Of a DNA stretch of 64,000 bases, positions 1 through 27,430 are shown in pieces. The position numbers and the translations under genes are program-made. Within the stretch, counting starts at the first letter, position 1. Each line of letters begins with the position of its first letter. The notes under the pieces are model-generated. The model worked only from the letters and a program-made list of their open reading frames with translations, had not been told where the DNA came from and searched no databases. Source of the stretch: Tubiluchus corallicola. Lineage: Eukaryota > Animalia > Priapulida. The stretch is from assembly GCA_030141605.1 (NCBI GenBank), contig JAQGDQ010000318.1, positions 1 through 64,000 on the forward strand, given 5' to 3'.

Positions 1-1421
1 GTGTCCTCCTGTTTGGCGTGTTTACATTTATGTTGAAAGGTGTGTCCTCCTGTTTGGTGTGTTTACATTTATGCTGAAAGGTGTGTCCTCCTGTTTGGCA
101 TGTTTACATTTATGTTGAAAGGTGTGTCCTCCTGTTTGGCGTGTTTACATTTACGTTGAAAGGTGTGTCCTCCTGTTTGGTGTGTTTACATTTACGTTGA
201 AAGGTGTGTCCTCCTGTTTGGTGTGTTTACATTTATGTTGAAAGGTGTGTCCTCCTGTTTGGCATGTTTACATTTATGTTGAAAGGTGTGTCCTCCTGTT
301 TGGTGTGTTTACATTTACGTTGAAAGGTGTGTCCTCCTGTTTGGTGTGTTTACATTTATGTTGAAAGATGTGTCCTCCTGTTTGGCGTGTTTACATTTAT
401 GCTGAAAGGTGTGTCCTCCTGTTTGGCGTGTTTACATTTATGTTGAAAGGTGTGTCCTCCTGTTTGCCAAGTTTACATTTACGTTGAAAGGTGTGTCCTC
501 CTGTTTGGCGTGTTTACATTTATGTTGAAAGATGTGTCCTCCTGTTTGGTGTGTTTACATTTACGTTGAAGGGTGTGTCCTCCTGTTTGGTGTGTTTACA
601 TTATGTTGAAAGGTGTGTCCTCATGTTTGGCATGTTTACATTTATGTTGAAAGGTGTCCTCTGTTGGCATGACATTTATGTTGAAAGGGTGTCCTCCTGT
701 TTGGCATGTTTTTTATGCTGAAAGGTGTGTCCTCCTGTTTGGCATGTTTACATTTATGTTGAAAGGTGTCCTCCTGTTGGCGTGTTTACTTATGTTGAAA
801 GGTGTGTCCTCCTGTTTGGCGTGTTTACATTTACGTTGAAAGGTGTGTCCTCCTGTTTATGTTTATTTATTTGAAAGTGTGTCTCCTGTTTGGATGTTTA
901 TTTATGTTGAAAGGTGTGTCCTCTGTTGGCATGTTTATTTATGAAAGGTGTCCTCTGTTTGGCATGTTTACATTTATGTTGAAAGGTGTGTCCTCCTGTT
1001 TGGCATGTTTACATTTATGTTGAAAGGTGTGTCCTCCTGTTTGGCGTGTTTACATTTATGTTGAAAGGTGTGTCCTCATGTTTGGCATGTTTACATTTAT
1101 GCTGAAAGGTGTGTCCTCCTGTTTGGCATGTTTACATTTATGTTGAAAGGTGTGTCCTCCTGTTTGGCGTGTTTACATTTATGTTGAAAGGTGTGTCCTC
1201 CTGTTTGGCATGTTTACATTTATGTTGAAAGGTGTGTCCTCCTGTTTGGCATGTTTACATTTATGTTGAAAGATGTGTCCTCCTGTTTGGTGTGTTTACA
1301 TTTATGTTGAAAGGTGTGTCCTCATGTTTGGCATGTTTACATTTATGTTGAAGGGTGTGTCCTCCTGTTTGCCAAGTTTACATTTACGTTGAAGGGTGTG
1401 TCCTCCTGTTTGCCAAGTTTA
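1..1421. repeat. 41-bp minisatellite (~35 copies, truncated by the window start)
   Basis: Unit gtgtcctcctgtttggcgtgtttacatttatgttgaaaggt; units start at 1, 42, 83... Confidence 0.95.
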
Positions 1422-1422
1422 T

Positions 1423-1720
1423 CAGTGCAGCATGCTCACTGACTCCGGCAGCTCCTGCAGCCAATCTGGTGCCAAACATATCACTCTGCTTTCCTTTGGA
1501 CTACACCAGGGAGGAAGAGAGGGGGTTCCTGTTGTCTGGGCAACTCAATATCTTCGTACACCTTGCCCAGGCGTGCGCCCTGGAAAGGCCACTCTAGTGG
1601 TTCAAGGATCGCACTGCTCAGCCACAGTCGACGCTGCAGCTCCATCAATGTGATCAATAACTGACTCTCTTGGCGCACATTCCATTGTCTTCCGAGACAG
1701 AAGGATGCCAACCAACCACA
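1423..1720 (+). mobile_element. 5'-truncated SINE3 body
   Basis: Closely matches 28230-28500; abuts the 41-bp satellite. Confidence 0.85.
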
Positions 1721-1743
1721 ATATCATGGTGTAATATACTTAC

Positions 1744-15052
<13,309 letters not shown>

Positions 15053-15289
15053 CGTGGCAGTTTTATGGGCCTGCAAAAAAAATTGCTACATTTATGGCTA
15101 AATTATTAAAATTACCAACAAATGATTATGGCCTAAATAAATGACTGGATGGATGAGTAAATAAACAAATATAATCAAAGGCGAGTAGGCAAATAAATAC
15201 AGAAATAAATGAAGGAATGGGAATGAAAAACACAGCGGGTGAATCCATAATCTATAATAGCTGATGGGGATTTAGCACATTTTGCTACT

Positions 15290-15630
15290 GATCCCACTAT
15301 GAGCACATTGTGAAGACACCACCAGTGGAGGTCTTCATGCTGTAGCTAAGCTTTGCTGCTCCCAAGAAGACCTCTTAGGACCAATGTATTTTTCTGAGTG
15401 ATTTTGCCAGTGCTTACCCAGGTGTGCCTTGAATTGAGCTAAACAGGAGGAGTCGACTACGCGAAGAGGCAGGTTATTCCACACGTTAGCTGCCCAATGG
15501 GAGAATACGCCATTCATTTTGTTCTGCCGTCCATACAGTCTCGTTTTGAGCAATTTTAATGGATGTCCTCTTGTTCTTATGCATCCTGTATATTTATATG
15601 TCTGTCCCGAGGAAGTCCATCTATCCCTTG
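15290..15630 (-). mobile_element. CR1-like LINE 3' end fragment
   Basis: RGHPLKL...FSHWAANVWNNLP..VV...LAQFKAHL, typical of CR1/L2 ORF2 C-termini, followed by a stem-loop. Confidence 0.7.
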
Positions 15631-16071
15631 CAGTGTTCTATATACCGGTATAATATCATGTCTGTTTCGACTGTACTCAAGGTGACCAGTCCTAACTCCT
15701 AGAGCCATTACAGATAATCTTTCCCTCTATCTATCTCATGCAGTGTTCTATATACCTGTATAATATCATGTCTGTTTCGACTGTACTCAAGGTGACCAGC
15801 CCTAACTCCTAGAGCCGTTACAGATAATCTTTCCCTCTATCTATCTCATGCAGTGTTCTGTATACCTGTATAATGTCATGTCTGTTTCGACTGTACTTCA
15901 AGCTGACCAGCCCTAACTCCTAGAGCCGTTACAGATAATCTTTCCCTCTATCTATCTCATGCAGTGTTCTATATACCTGTATAATGTCATGTCTGTTTCG
16001 ACTGTACTTCAAGCTGACCAGCCCTAACTCCTAGAGCCATTACAGATATTCTTTCCCTCTATCTATCCCAT
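15631..16071. repeat. 110-bp tandem repeat, 4 copies
   Basis: Units start at 15631, 15741, 15851 and 15962. Confidence 0.92.
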
Positions 16072-16234
16072 GCAGATAAATATTTTATGAGATATAAAAC
16101 GAAACTCACCTGTATTCTACTTGATTTATCAGTGTCTTAGTACTTACATTTAGAACTTCTTCATAGCATTCTACTTTGAAGCATCATAGCGTAGTTTTAA
16201 CAATGCCGACTTGTCGACAGTCTTGGTTTGCAAG

Positions 16235-16830
16235 CCACAAATAGTATTGTGATCTGAAAACACACTTTTGAGTTTATTTTCTTTCTTTTGTTATTCCATA
16301 ACGACCATACATTTTGTTCTCATCAATTATAATTTTTGAAATTGAATTAATATCATTTCCGCGCATTATTACATAATCAATTCTGGATTTTTGATTTTCC
16401 TCCAACCTTGTTGTATTTTCGTAATAATTTACTACTAATAACTTTTCTTCTTTCATTAATTTTATTAATTTACTTCCTGCATATGTTACTTCTGGTTTAT
16501 TTGCACGAATTTCCTTGCCTACTTTAGCATTAAAATCTCCTAATAGTAGCTATTTTTGCCCTTTGTTGTAATAATCTCATCACGTATTTTTGAATACATT
16601 TCATCTATAATTTTGTTACTCGTTCTAGATTCGTGTGGTCCATATATTAAACCCAGACCCAATTTGATTCTTGAATTATTAATACCTATCCACAAAGTTT
16701 CACCAAATCTTCTCTCTTCCATTACCTTTGCTTTATCACAACATTTCTAAATTCTCCTTTGATTACCATTAATAATAGACCTCTTCCTTTTCCCTCCAAA
16801 AATTAATGTACCCTGGTATATCAAAATCTT
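16235..16830 (-). mobile_element. Degenerate LINE APE-endonuclease fragment
   Basis: IPGY..., ETLWI, LIYGP, LLGDFNAKVG, SRIDYVI and SDHNTI motifs across frameshifts. Confidence 0.75.
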
Positions 16831-18612
16831 CTTTCCCTATTAACTGTTTGACAGCAAAGCAGAGTTTTTCTCGGAACGTAATCAAAGGCCATAAAATGAC
16901 CAGCATAAAGACTATACACTTCAAAAATTATAGAAAGATTGAAGCACTATATATATATATGATACGCCCGTCGCGTCTATTGTAGACATTGGGCAGGCAG
17001 AATTCTAAAATAAAATAAATTTGCCTTCAGACAGGTAAACGCAGCAGTAATCCAGCAAAAAAACTAGACACTGCTACGCCAGTATTTTTGAAGCACTGAA
17101 GGTCAGTTACTTCTTTGGCAATACCACAAACCTTTGGCTGTTTAAACAAAACGTTTAAAAACTTGTCTAAGATGTGTGCGATTGGATATGTCATAAGGCG
17201 ACAAGTCAGCGTTGTTGTTGCTCAATGTTCAACTAATTTGTGTTATTTTATAATCGAAGTGGTGGTATATGTCCCTGCGCATGACAACGGTAATCTAGGA
17301 TATATGAGTCACGTTGTTGAGTTGATTTGAGTTTGGTGTTCTTTGTTTTAAAATTGTCTGTAGTAAATCTTTATTTAAATGCCGTGATTAATTAATTACA
17401 GTAACCATAATTTAAGTTAGTTTATCACCATTTTTAAAATAGCAAGCTACATAACTAAGTGATTTATAAATCTGAACAACATACAATAATATTACAAAGT
17501 GCAAAAATAATTATTGATTAGTGATGAAAGGGTGGTGAAAGAACTTAAGTTATTGAGGTCAGCCACCCTCTCAGATTTGTTAGATTGCCTCTCGATCGAA
17601 TGTTGCATCACAAAAATTCTGCTCGTCTAATTATATATTTTGTTCTAGTCTTGTTTGATTTTTTGTAGTTTTCGCCTTGCGCTCATTTTTGTTACTGTTG
17701 CTTGATATATGTTTTGCTTTAAACTGAATTTTGTTCTTGCTCTTGAGTTTGATTTTGTTGCTTTTGTGTGATATAATTTTTGACCTAAGTGAATCCTGTT
17801 TTGCTTTGCTTGTGATAATTTCTTTTACCTTCAGTTGAATTGTTTTTGCTTTATAAAATTTTTTGCTTTGAGTTTCGTTTTGTTTGATATAATTTTTTGC
17901 TATGAGTTAAATTGCATTTTGCATTGCTTGTGATAACTTCCTTTTATTCTGAGTGGAACTGCATTTTTGCTTTGAGTAGGTTTGTGTTGCATTTTTTGTT
18001 TCATGTTATTTTTTTCTCTACATTGGATTTCATTAATTTTTTGCTTGATGTTATGCCTTGTTATGCTTTGAATTGCATTTCTGCTTTGCGTTGATTTTTG
18101 TTGCTTTTGCCTTTTATACATACACAAACACCTAAAAATGTCATGACCCTGTGAGTAAACTTGTATTTTTAATAAGGGGCAGCTGACCACGTGACCAATA
18201 GGTCTTTCGCTGCTCCTTCTCAGCTGCAATGAAATGTAAAAATAATTATGACGAATTTTAACTGCTATTAAGGAAATAAAATTGAATTGAATTGTTACTA
18301 ATATAATTAATTAATGCACATGTACCAATTATCAGATTGCAATTATATCAGTGATTACAAATTATCAGATTTTGCATTTAAGACAAATGAAAATTGAATT
18401 ATACGAATGTGTTAGTTTATAATAAAATAATGGGAAAGAAGAGACACATGTGACTATTTTTAAATAATAATTTAAACTTTACGTATTTAAAATTAATATT
18501 ATGATTAGGACCTAGAGCCAATGGAAGAGAAAAAATTAATTTTAAGCTGCGAATTAGGCTTTAGACTATATATCGCCCTGCAACCGTAGCAGTAAAATTA
18601 CGAAAATAAGGC

Positions 18613-19837
18613 TGTTTGGCGCCGAGTAACCCACTAGCCGAAGTAGGAGAATTGGCGTACATGGGCTAGCCTAAATAGGATGCGTTGTACATGGGCTAGC
18701 CCAAGTACGACGTGTCACACATGGGCTGCCCAAGTAGGACACTAGAGACAGGTAGCGAATTGAGTTGTTAAGCGTACTGGCACCATCCGTTGTCCTTGTT
18801 TATGTAATAATAATAATAATTCACGTTCAATAATTTGACTTCGATAAAACGTTGTTGAAGTGAAATAAACCCACTTTTTAGGCGATTTCAACATTTGTTT
18901 AAGGTATATCATTTTTTATTTTATCTCCCTTCACAGACAAGTGATCACACTACCTCTTGGCAAATAATTGTTTACTCCTAAGTAAACGTTCTAGTGATCT
19001 ATGAGCCCTACATGGGCGAGCGAGCCTTGTACATCAGTGCCCTACGTATTACAATACTATTAGTATTATTAAAACTAATTGTCTTTGCTCTTCCTAAATG
19101 TTAAAAATTACTTTTTGTTGTTGTGAAGGCTTAGCAGTGTCTGTCTCATTTTTAAACTCGCATTTATTTCTGTAATAAGTAACTGTGTGCATAGTTTCTC
19201 TCTTTAAAGTATTAGATACTCAGCTTAACATTTGTTATTATGATTTTAATGGAGCTAATAATACTGATGATACTATTGTAAAAAATAGATAGTGTAACCC
19301 ACTAGCCGAAGTAGGACAAGTGGCGTGAGTTAGTATAATTTTGCCAATATTAATCTTCTTTGAAGTGAAATAAGCGCACTTTTCAGGCGATTCCAACATT
19401 TCCTTAAAGTATATAATTTTTTATTTTGTCTCGCTTCACAGACAGGTGATTCTTTTCACTACCTCTTGGACAAATAATTGTTTTGCACTAAGTAAACCTG
19501 TTAGCGAGCTATGTGCCCTACGGAGTTTCTCTCTTTAAATCATTAGATACTTAGTTTAATGTTATGGTGATAATTATTAATGAAGCTAATAATAATGATG
19601 ATATTGTTGTAAAAAGTAAATTGTCAAGACCATCCATCATTATTATAAAGTTACGTTTTTTTCTAAAACAAATTTAGTTTTATGTTTTATGATGTCATCA
19701 TAATTCTCAATTCTCATCAAAAACCGCCAGCACCCTACTTGGGCTGCCCATGTACGACACTGCTTTTTCACAAATTTAGCACATGCGTTTTACCGGAAGT
19801 GTCCTACTTTGGCTAGTGGGTTACTCGGCTCCCAACA
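18613..19837. mobile_element. Non-autonomous DNA transposon with ~35-bp TIRs and an internal duplication
   Basis: gccgagtaacccactagccgaagtagga at 18621 versus tcctactttggctagtgggttactcggc ending at 19829; ~18850-19280 is duplicated at ~19360-19615. Confidence 0.7.
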
Positions 19838-20015
19838 CGTAGTTCAGAAGAGGATTCAGTTGAATATCTTTTCAACTGCAAAGAAAACCAAAGTTAATGT
19901 TAATAAAAGAAACAAATATAAAGACAGATGTGATTCTAAGTGAAAATTAGGGAATTTAGGGAATTACGGTACAGTTTTGTATACAATATTCTTGGTATCT
20001 TAATATATTTATTTA

Positions 20016-20049
<34 letters not shown>

Positions 20050-20749
20050 AGATTCGAGGCTACAGCCCGGACGAGGGCACCATTTGCGGCGATCTATATA
20101 TCAAACGAAAGGTCTCGATCTAGTGTCTTCTCATTGATGGTTTATTTTTCAAATCGGGCCCACCGGGAGGAAGGGGGGGGGGCGAAAAACCTCCAAAAAT
20201 GGCCATTTTTCGGCCGTTTTTTGCAAAAGTTATACGGCTGAGATGTAGAGAACGGGAACGGGCCGTAAACAATTAATGGCAAAACACAATTATTGGGAAT
20301 CTGTCATGGAAGCTGTAATACACTACATAGTTCCATATGAATTATTAAATTAGTCACTATAGTATCCATAGATACTAAAGTGATGGATCTACGTCTAGAT
20401 GCCATATTTGTCAGAGAAAATCAGCAGTAATAAGTTTCAGAAAAATGTTCTATAAAGGACTTTTTTCTATATAATTTTATATCAGTCAGTCTCTGTGATT
20501 AAAACTGAATTTTTGCAAATTTGCCCAAATGGGATCGTCAGTATGTTTCCAACCTTAGTGATATGAACGCTTCAGTATTATACAACGTTGAATATTGCTT
20601 TTTCATAGTTTTTCGTATCAGTTTTTACAGTATTTCTTGGCTTACTATCAATGTATAATAACTGTTTCAGCAATTTTGTTACATGGTAAAAATTTTTTTT
20701 GCAGATTCATTATCAAATAAACATGTCAGTGATTGCTATTGTTTTCATA

Positions 20750-21531
20750 AGAGTGGCTTCAGTTGATGGTGTAGAGTGGCTTCAGTTGATGGTGTAGAGT
20801 GGCTTCAGTTGATGGTGTAAGAGTGGCTTCAGTTGATGGTGTAGAGTGGCTTCAGTTGATGGTGTAGAGTGGCTTCAGTTGATGGTGTAGAGTGGCTTCA
20901 GTTGATGGTGTAGAGTGGCTTCAGTTGATGGTGTAGAGTGGCTTCAGTTGATTGTGTAGAGTGGCTTCAGTTGATGGTGTAGAGTGGCTTCAGTTGATGG
21001 TGTAGAGTGGCTTCAGTTGATGGTGTAGAGTGGCTTCAGTTGATGGTGTAGAGTGGCTTCAGTTGCTGTAGAGTGGCTTCAGTTGATGGTGTAGAGTGGC
21101 TTCAGTTGATGGTGTAGAGTGGCTTCAGTTGATTGTGTAGAGTGGCTTCAGTTGATTGTGTAGAGTGGCTTCAGTTGATGGTGTAGAGTGGCTTCAGTTG
21201 ATGGTGTAGAGTGGCTCCAGTTGATGGTGTAGAGTGGCTTCAGTTGATGGTGTAGAGTGGCTTCAGTTGATGGTGTAGAGTGGCTTCAGTTGATGGTGTA
21301 GAGTGGCTTCAGTTGATGGTGTAGAGTGGCTTCAGTTGATGGTGTAAGAGTGGCTTCAGTTGATGGTGTAAGAGTGGCTTCAGTTGATGGTGTAGAGTGG
21401 CTTCAGTTGATGGTGTAGAGTGGCTTCAGTTGATGGTGTAGAGTGGCTTCAGTTGATGGTGTAGAGTGGCTTCAGTTGATGGTGTAGAGTGGTTTCAGTT
21501 GATGGTGTAGAGTGGCTTCAGTTGATGGTGT
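20750..21531. repeat. 23-bp minisatellite (~34 copies)
   Basis: Unit agagtggcttcagttgatggtgt. Confidence 0.96.
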
Positions 21532-21865
21532 ACGTTTTTCAACTGTAAATTAAATTACTAATAATGAAGTTTTTCTTAAACATGAAGTTTAAAATAAAGT
21601 TTAAGGTGAAATGTATTTTAAAGATATTTTTTCAGGTAAAGCAACAAGTTTTTCAAGAAAGTGAAGGCTTAATACCTGAAGTCGAATATTGAATAAGGAA
21701 TACAATACACTGAACACAAATGTGCCTGATCTTGCACATTATGTGCTGCATCAGTCTCTATGTGCCAGTTAGTAAACTGTGAGCCAGGTAAAAGACATTA
21801 TGTGCTGAATGCGGATTTGCGGCTCATCATGCTGCCTCCTGCCACAGTTTCGTAGATGTCGTACA

Positions 21866-22336
21866 ATGGGAGGACAGTTTCGTAGCTACAAATGGGATCC
21901 TGTGTACATCGTGTCTCAGATAATATCCATGCAGTGCATATTCTACGTTGGCTTAGGACTGTGGGTTTGCATAATTAGCCTTTTGACAAAATCTTTCGTG
22001 AGTTTAGAACAAATCTTCGGCTACGAAGACATCAGATTCAAAGAGTTCCACGGCCGACTGTTGATGTTCGCTTTCGTCTTGAATTCAGTCGCTTGCGCCG
22101 TCGGTTTGTGGCTGATCGTAAAGAGAACAAAACAGTGTTTAGACTTTACAGCAACGGTTCACTTCGTTCATTTGTTAATTTGCTGGTTGTACAATTCACA
22201 CCTTCCAAACTCGCTCTCCTGGTGGTTATTGAACATAGTGTGCATCAGTTTAATGTCTGTAATTGGAGAATTCCTGTGCATGAGAACAGAATTAAAAGCT
22301 ATACCCGTCTACCTTGGTCCCAGAGTCGATTTGTGA
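21866..22336 (+). CDS. SYS1: Protein SYS1 homolog (Golgi integral membrane protein), 156 aa, intronless CDS
   Basis: MGGQFRSYKWDPVYIVSQIISMQ...KRTKQCLDFTATVH...GEFLCMRTELKAIP...RVDL is the typical SYS1 sequence. A further in-frame ATG lies at 21809. Confidence 0.95.
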   Translation: MGGQFRSYKWDPVYIVSQIISMQCIFYVGLGLWVCIISLLTKSFVSLEQIFGYEDIRFKEFHGRLLMFAFVLNSVACAVGLWLIVKRTKQCLDFTATVHFVHLLICWLYNSHLPNSLSWWLLNIVCISLMSVIGEFLCMRTELKAIPVYLGPRVDL

Positions 22337-23029
22337 TAGCCGCCAGTCTATATTTGACTTGTGTAGATTTGTATGAAAGATACATTTTACCTTGTATCTA
22401 ATTCTGTTTTTTGATACCAAACATTTAAACTTATATATATATATATATCGAGACTATCTAGACGATCTTATATACTGGAGTGGAAATTGCAGAATATTTT
22501 ATTCTACAAGAGCGTTTGATTGCGTAAAGAGGTTTGTAGCATTATGTGTGAATAATACATCAAAAAGAACCTAGAATTTATGAAATTTATCCATTTCAAA
22601 GGCCCACATAATGTTGTCGGTATTATTTTGATAAACGATTGCTTTCTTTGTCTAATTGGATGAGACTGATAAGACCAAACTGGCAAAAATTCAAGATCTT
22701 TGGCTTCTGAGACTTTTCAAAATTCTTTGTGTAAGGTTTGAGTAGCTACATCACACATTGCAAATCAGTTCTGTTCAGTTATAGTCACAGTAGTAGTAGT
22801 AGATATGGTGCTTAAGAAGTAAATACTACAATAACTGTACTAAATTTGCAGTCTTTTTTTGCCTAAATATAAATGCATAGTTGTTGTTTTTCTCTTTTTG
22901 TCTATCATAACATACAGAACATCAATTTTTGCAAACTTATGCTGTTATATCTTAATTCATATGTGTGCTTGCAAACCAAAAGTGCCCATAAGTCAGCGTA
23001 GTTAAAACTGCGTTATGACGCTTCAAAGT

Positions 23030-23492
23030 AGAATGTCCCAAAAATTTGCCGAAATGTTATTTTTTGTTTTTTTATAAAAAGCACTAAATATGTTGGACTT
23101 TTTGTATTCTAGCATCAAATTACCAAGAAAATGTTCAAAAAATACTAGAAATTTAATTTTATAACCCCATATCCACTTTTTTGGGTAGAAACTAGTACTG
23201 CAATTGTGAAAAATTGTATATTCAAACTCCATCAGCAGTTCGTGGAAGCAGTCATTTTGCTTCGAGTTTTTTATTTCCAAGCCCAGATCTTCGTCAGGAA
23301 GAGCCACCTACTGCATTTAAACATAACTACAATGTGTTCTTGTAAAGCCCATAGCAACCACACTTTCGTACGGTTGCTAAGTGTTTTGTAGAAACACGAC
23401 AAAAAACAATGGCTAACTTTAATAGCGATTTTCTCAAGATTATGTTTTTCTACGTGCAGCCTGCACCTCAACGTGGATTATCTCAGCTTAAA
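23030..23492. repeat. Dispersed repeat family (also ~45790-46025 inverted and ~57143-57560)
   Basis: Shared blocks gaaactagtactgcaattgt, atcttcgtcaggaagagcca and ttcgtacggttgctaagt. Confidence 0.6.
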
Positions 23493-23791
23493 TATGCAAG
23501 CACACATATAACATTTTCTTTTCTGGTCATTTAAGTACGTGATCTTTATATGCAAGTTAAAAAAGTCAATTTATGTAAGATATTAGTCACTGTTCTTTGC
23601 CAGTTAGGCAAATGCTGATACGAATACGTAGTAATTTTTGTGCTATAAATGCTTTTAAATTCTAAACTTGCTCTATGTATTGAGAAAATCTCCGATTTGC
23701 CAACACCAAAAATTAAAAATTGATTCGAAATACAAAATATGGGATTTTCGTAACTCGCTCGGCTGTGCTGATTGGCCACCTAGAAACTAAT

Positions 23792-24292
23792 CTTCTTCTT
23801 CTTCCCAGCTTTTCCCTATGCGGGGTCACCATTGTGAATGAGTCTTCTCCACGCATTCCTGTTGTTGACCATCTCTTCATTTATGTCTTCCCTTCCCACA
23901 AGGTCTCCACCGACTCTTCTTTTCAGGTGTCCATACCATCGCAATCTTGCGAGGCTTCCACTACTTTTACCGTTCCTCTGATATTATTATTTCTAATTTT
24001 ATCTCTTCTTGTTATTCCCACCATCCATCTCAACATCCTCATCTCCACCACACCCATTTTCTTCTCTTCGGTCTTCTTTAGAGAAGCTGCTTCCAGCCCA
24101 TAGATTAGAGCGGGTCTGACCACTTCTTTGTGGGCTTTCCCTTTAAGTCTCACCGACTCATTCATACAAGGTTTTGACGCAGTTTTTACAGGCGGATGCC
24201 CTTCCTGACCCTAACGCTCCCTATTTATCCGGGCTTGGGACCGGTACTGAGTTGGGCTGGCTTGCCCCCCCCCCCCCCCCAGTGGCTAGGTT
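23792..24292 (-). mobile_element. Non-autonomous RTE element, copy 3
   Basis: Reverse-complement copy; TSD acctagaaactaat/acctggaaaccaat. Confidence 0.85.
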
Positions 24293-24586
24293 ACCTGGAA
24301 ACCAATAATAATCTTTTTATTCGTATAAATTTAATTATTCAGCATTGATTTTAGCATGGGTAATTAATGTAATATAAAATTAATAATTTTTGTTAGTAAT
24401 TAGAAAAATGTGATACATAGTCATTGTGCTACACATAGTCGCTAACACATATTCATAATATTTTTCTAACTTTTTGTTTTACATTAAAATTAAAGCAGGT
24501 AATTACTTTAATGGTAAAAAATTGTAAAGTATTTAAGCTGTGATGTCAATCAGCTTATGTGGAAAAGTGCTCTTCGGGAACCCAAC

Positions 24587-25030
24587 CAGGGCCTATTTCA
24601 GCCTAAGCGAGGCCCGGGGAAGCGGGACGTGTGATTTTGAACTGCTAGAATGCCGGAGAAGCATTTTCAAAGAGAAAATATGGAGTTATACAGTTGTTAA
24701 TGGAAAGAACAATTGAAAAAAAAACTGCATTATTCTCAAGACCAGTCCTTAATACTTGTCAAATAGTCAAATCAAAAACAACGTCTTTGCAATATGTAAT
24801 ACCGTACTCTCACTTCCGTACAAGCCATCTTCTGTCTTTTTGTTTCGCAAAGTTATCAGTTAACTCCTTAAAATCAAGGCCTCTTGCTACATCCACATTC
24901 ATTCGAATAATTGACAGACCGTTTAACCGATCCCGGGTCATTGTCGAACGATTGTCGGTTTTGATATTTTTTAACGCACTGAAAGAGCGTGCACCGAAAA
25001 AATGTTACCTCCCCCCTGAAATAGGCCCTG
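24587..25030. mobile_element. hAT-type MITE immediately upstream of AK6
   Basis: 15-bp TIR cagggcctatttcag/ctgaaataggccctg; perfect 8-bp TSD aacccaac. Confidence 0.88.
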
Positions 25031-25093
25031 AACCCAACTCTCTTGTCTTTTTTATAAGAGACCTTTATGATGTATGTTGGATCTTCATTTTAA

Positions 25094-25672
<579 letters not shown>

Positions 25673-25734
25673 GGAGATGCACAGCTAGTGTTGACGCCAT
25701 GAAAACTGCACATATGCGTTGTGAAGGTTTTCTT

Positions 25735-25872
25735 TTAACTAAATGCTGTTCTGCCGGCTCGTGTAAAAACTGTGTAACTTTAACTAAATGCTGTTCTGCC
25801 GGCTCGTGTAAAAACTGTGTAACTTTAACTAAATGCTGTTCTGTGGGTTCGTGTAAAAACTGTGTAACTTTA
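25735..25872. repeat. 45-bp tandem repeat, 3 copies, just downstream of the AK6 stop
   Basis: Unit ttaactaaatgctgttctgccggctcgtgtaaaaactgtgtaact. Confidence 0.92.
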
Positions 25873-26089
25873 AAAAACTCCAAAGTAGCCAGGAGTCGTG
25901 TACAACTTTTTTAGGTGAAATACAACTGCTGGGATCTCGATTTCAAGAATCGACTTGCTCAAGTGCTGTTCTTTTGCAGAATAAGAAATATGACTCAAGT
26001 TTGATCATTTGTAGGTTTGGCTTGCATCCAAATTGCAAGTTAAACCACGGTCGCGATCGGGACCGAATGTAGCAATACGTCGAGTGATT

Positions 26090-26851
26090 CTATTGTAGTG
26101 TGTTAGAAATAAGAAATACCAGAGTAAACGTATCGCACGTTGAAACATATGCGAAAATCTGCACGATGAAAACATCATTGTTCAAAACACAAGAAAACCC
26201 TCCACTTACATAAAGCTTAAAACGTTTGTCTTCAAATTTTATACCACTTAGGTACTGCCTTTTTGCATACAGGGCTTGCGTCAACAGTGATGCCGAAAAC
26301 TTGTAAATTTAAACTTCTGCGACAACCGACAGCCATTTTTATGATGTCATTTGAAACAAGTTTAGATAACATTGTGCGAAGTTTGAAAAAATAATCAGAA
26401 CATTCGTAGCACATACGTTACTAAGTAAAATTTTTAATTGTATCTTGTCAATAAGATTAAAAATGCATTTTTTGACTAGTGAGTGGCTCACGCTGGAGGG
26501 TGAGTCAGCAACATTTTACCAATTGGCACAAACATTTTAAATTATTATTTCTAGCTACATAAGTCTTTACGGCAGGTAAGCGAAATGCTAAGTAATATAG
26601 ATTTGCATGGAAAGTTTTTTGAGAAATAATTTAACATTGCGTTTTCTTCCCTTGATTTACGTTTTACATAGGTGACGTCATGTCATGGCGCCGTCGGAAC
26701 AGTATTGTGGGAAATTTATAATGAAAACAAACAAAACTTCCTTTTAACGTGAGTTTGATGTACGCATAAAAATGCTGTAAAGTAATACAATTTCTTAAGG
26801 CGATTTTTCTGAAACAAACCTACTTCAAGTGCCCCTTTTCTTGTCCTTTAA
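26090..26851 (-). mobile_element. Dispersed repeat, Kolobok-like (TTAA|AGGACAAGAAAAGGGG end)
   Basis: Homologous to 34838-35370 and 62276-62960 in the opposite orientation. Confidence 0.6.
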
Positions 26852-27333
26852 GTACAGGCTGTTTTAGATTGGTGAATAATAATTTACGTTAAATCTTTAT
26901 CTTGTTAAAAACTGACTATAGTAATTTTGACAATGTTAGCAATTTGGCTTTTCACTAAACTGCAATTACGTAATGGGTGCACTCTCGTTATTCGCACCTG
27001 AAATGTGGTCATAAGTTGACAACTTAATGTATTGTGTTGCGCAGTCCAAGTAGCCACGGACTATCAAGGATTTGGCCCATGAACAGTTTAACATTTATTA
27101 AACAAAAATACAACAGTACGTATTTAGTACAATTTCTAAGCATTTTTATTTTACAATTTCATATAAATAAATAACTATTCAGTAGACATATTTTGTTTGT
27201 GCATATATCCAAATGCCAGTTATATGTAAAAAATTAACAAAATTAGGTACTGTACAAGAACTGGGTGAAAACAGCAGCTGGCAATACTACCGCCTTTTTT
27301 AAAATTTGCCACCAAGTTTAGACATTCCTTATA

Positions 27334-27430
27334 GGTGGTTGACTTTGGTAACTTTCAGGGTGGTTGACTTTGGTAACTTTCAGGGTGGTTGACTTTGGTA
27401 ACTTTCAGGGTGGTTGACTTTGGTAACTTA
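27334..27430. repeat. 25-bp tandem repeat, 4 copies
   Basis: Unit ggtggttgactttggtaactttcag. Confidence 0.9.
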
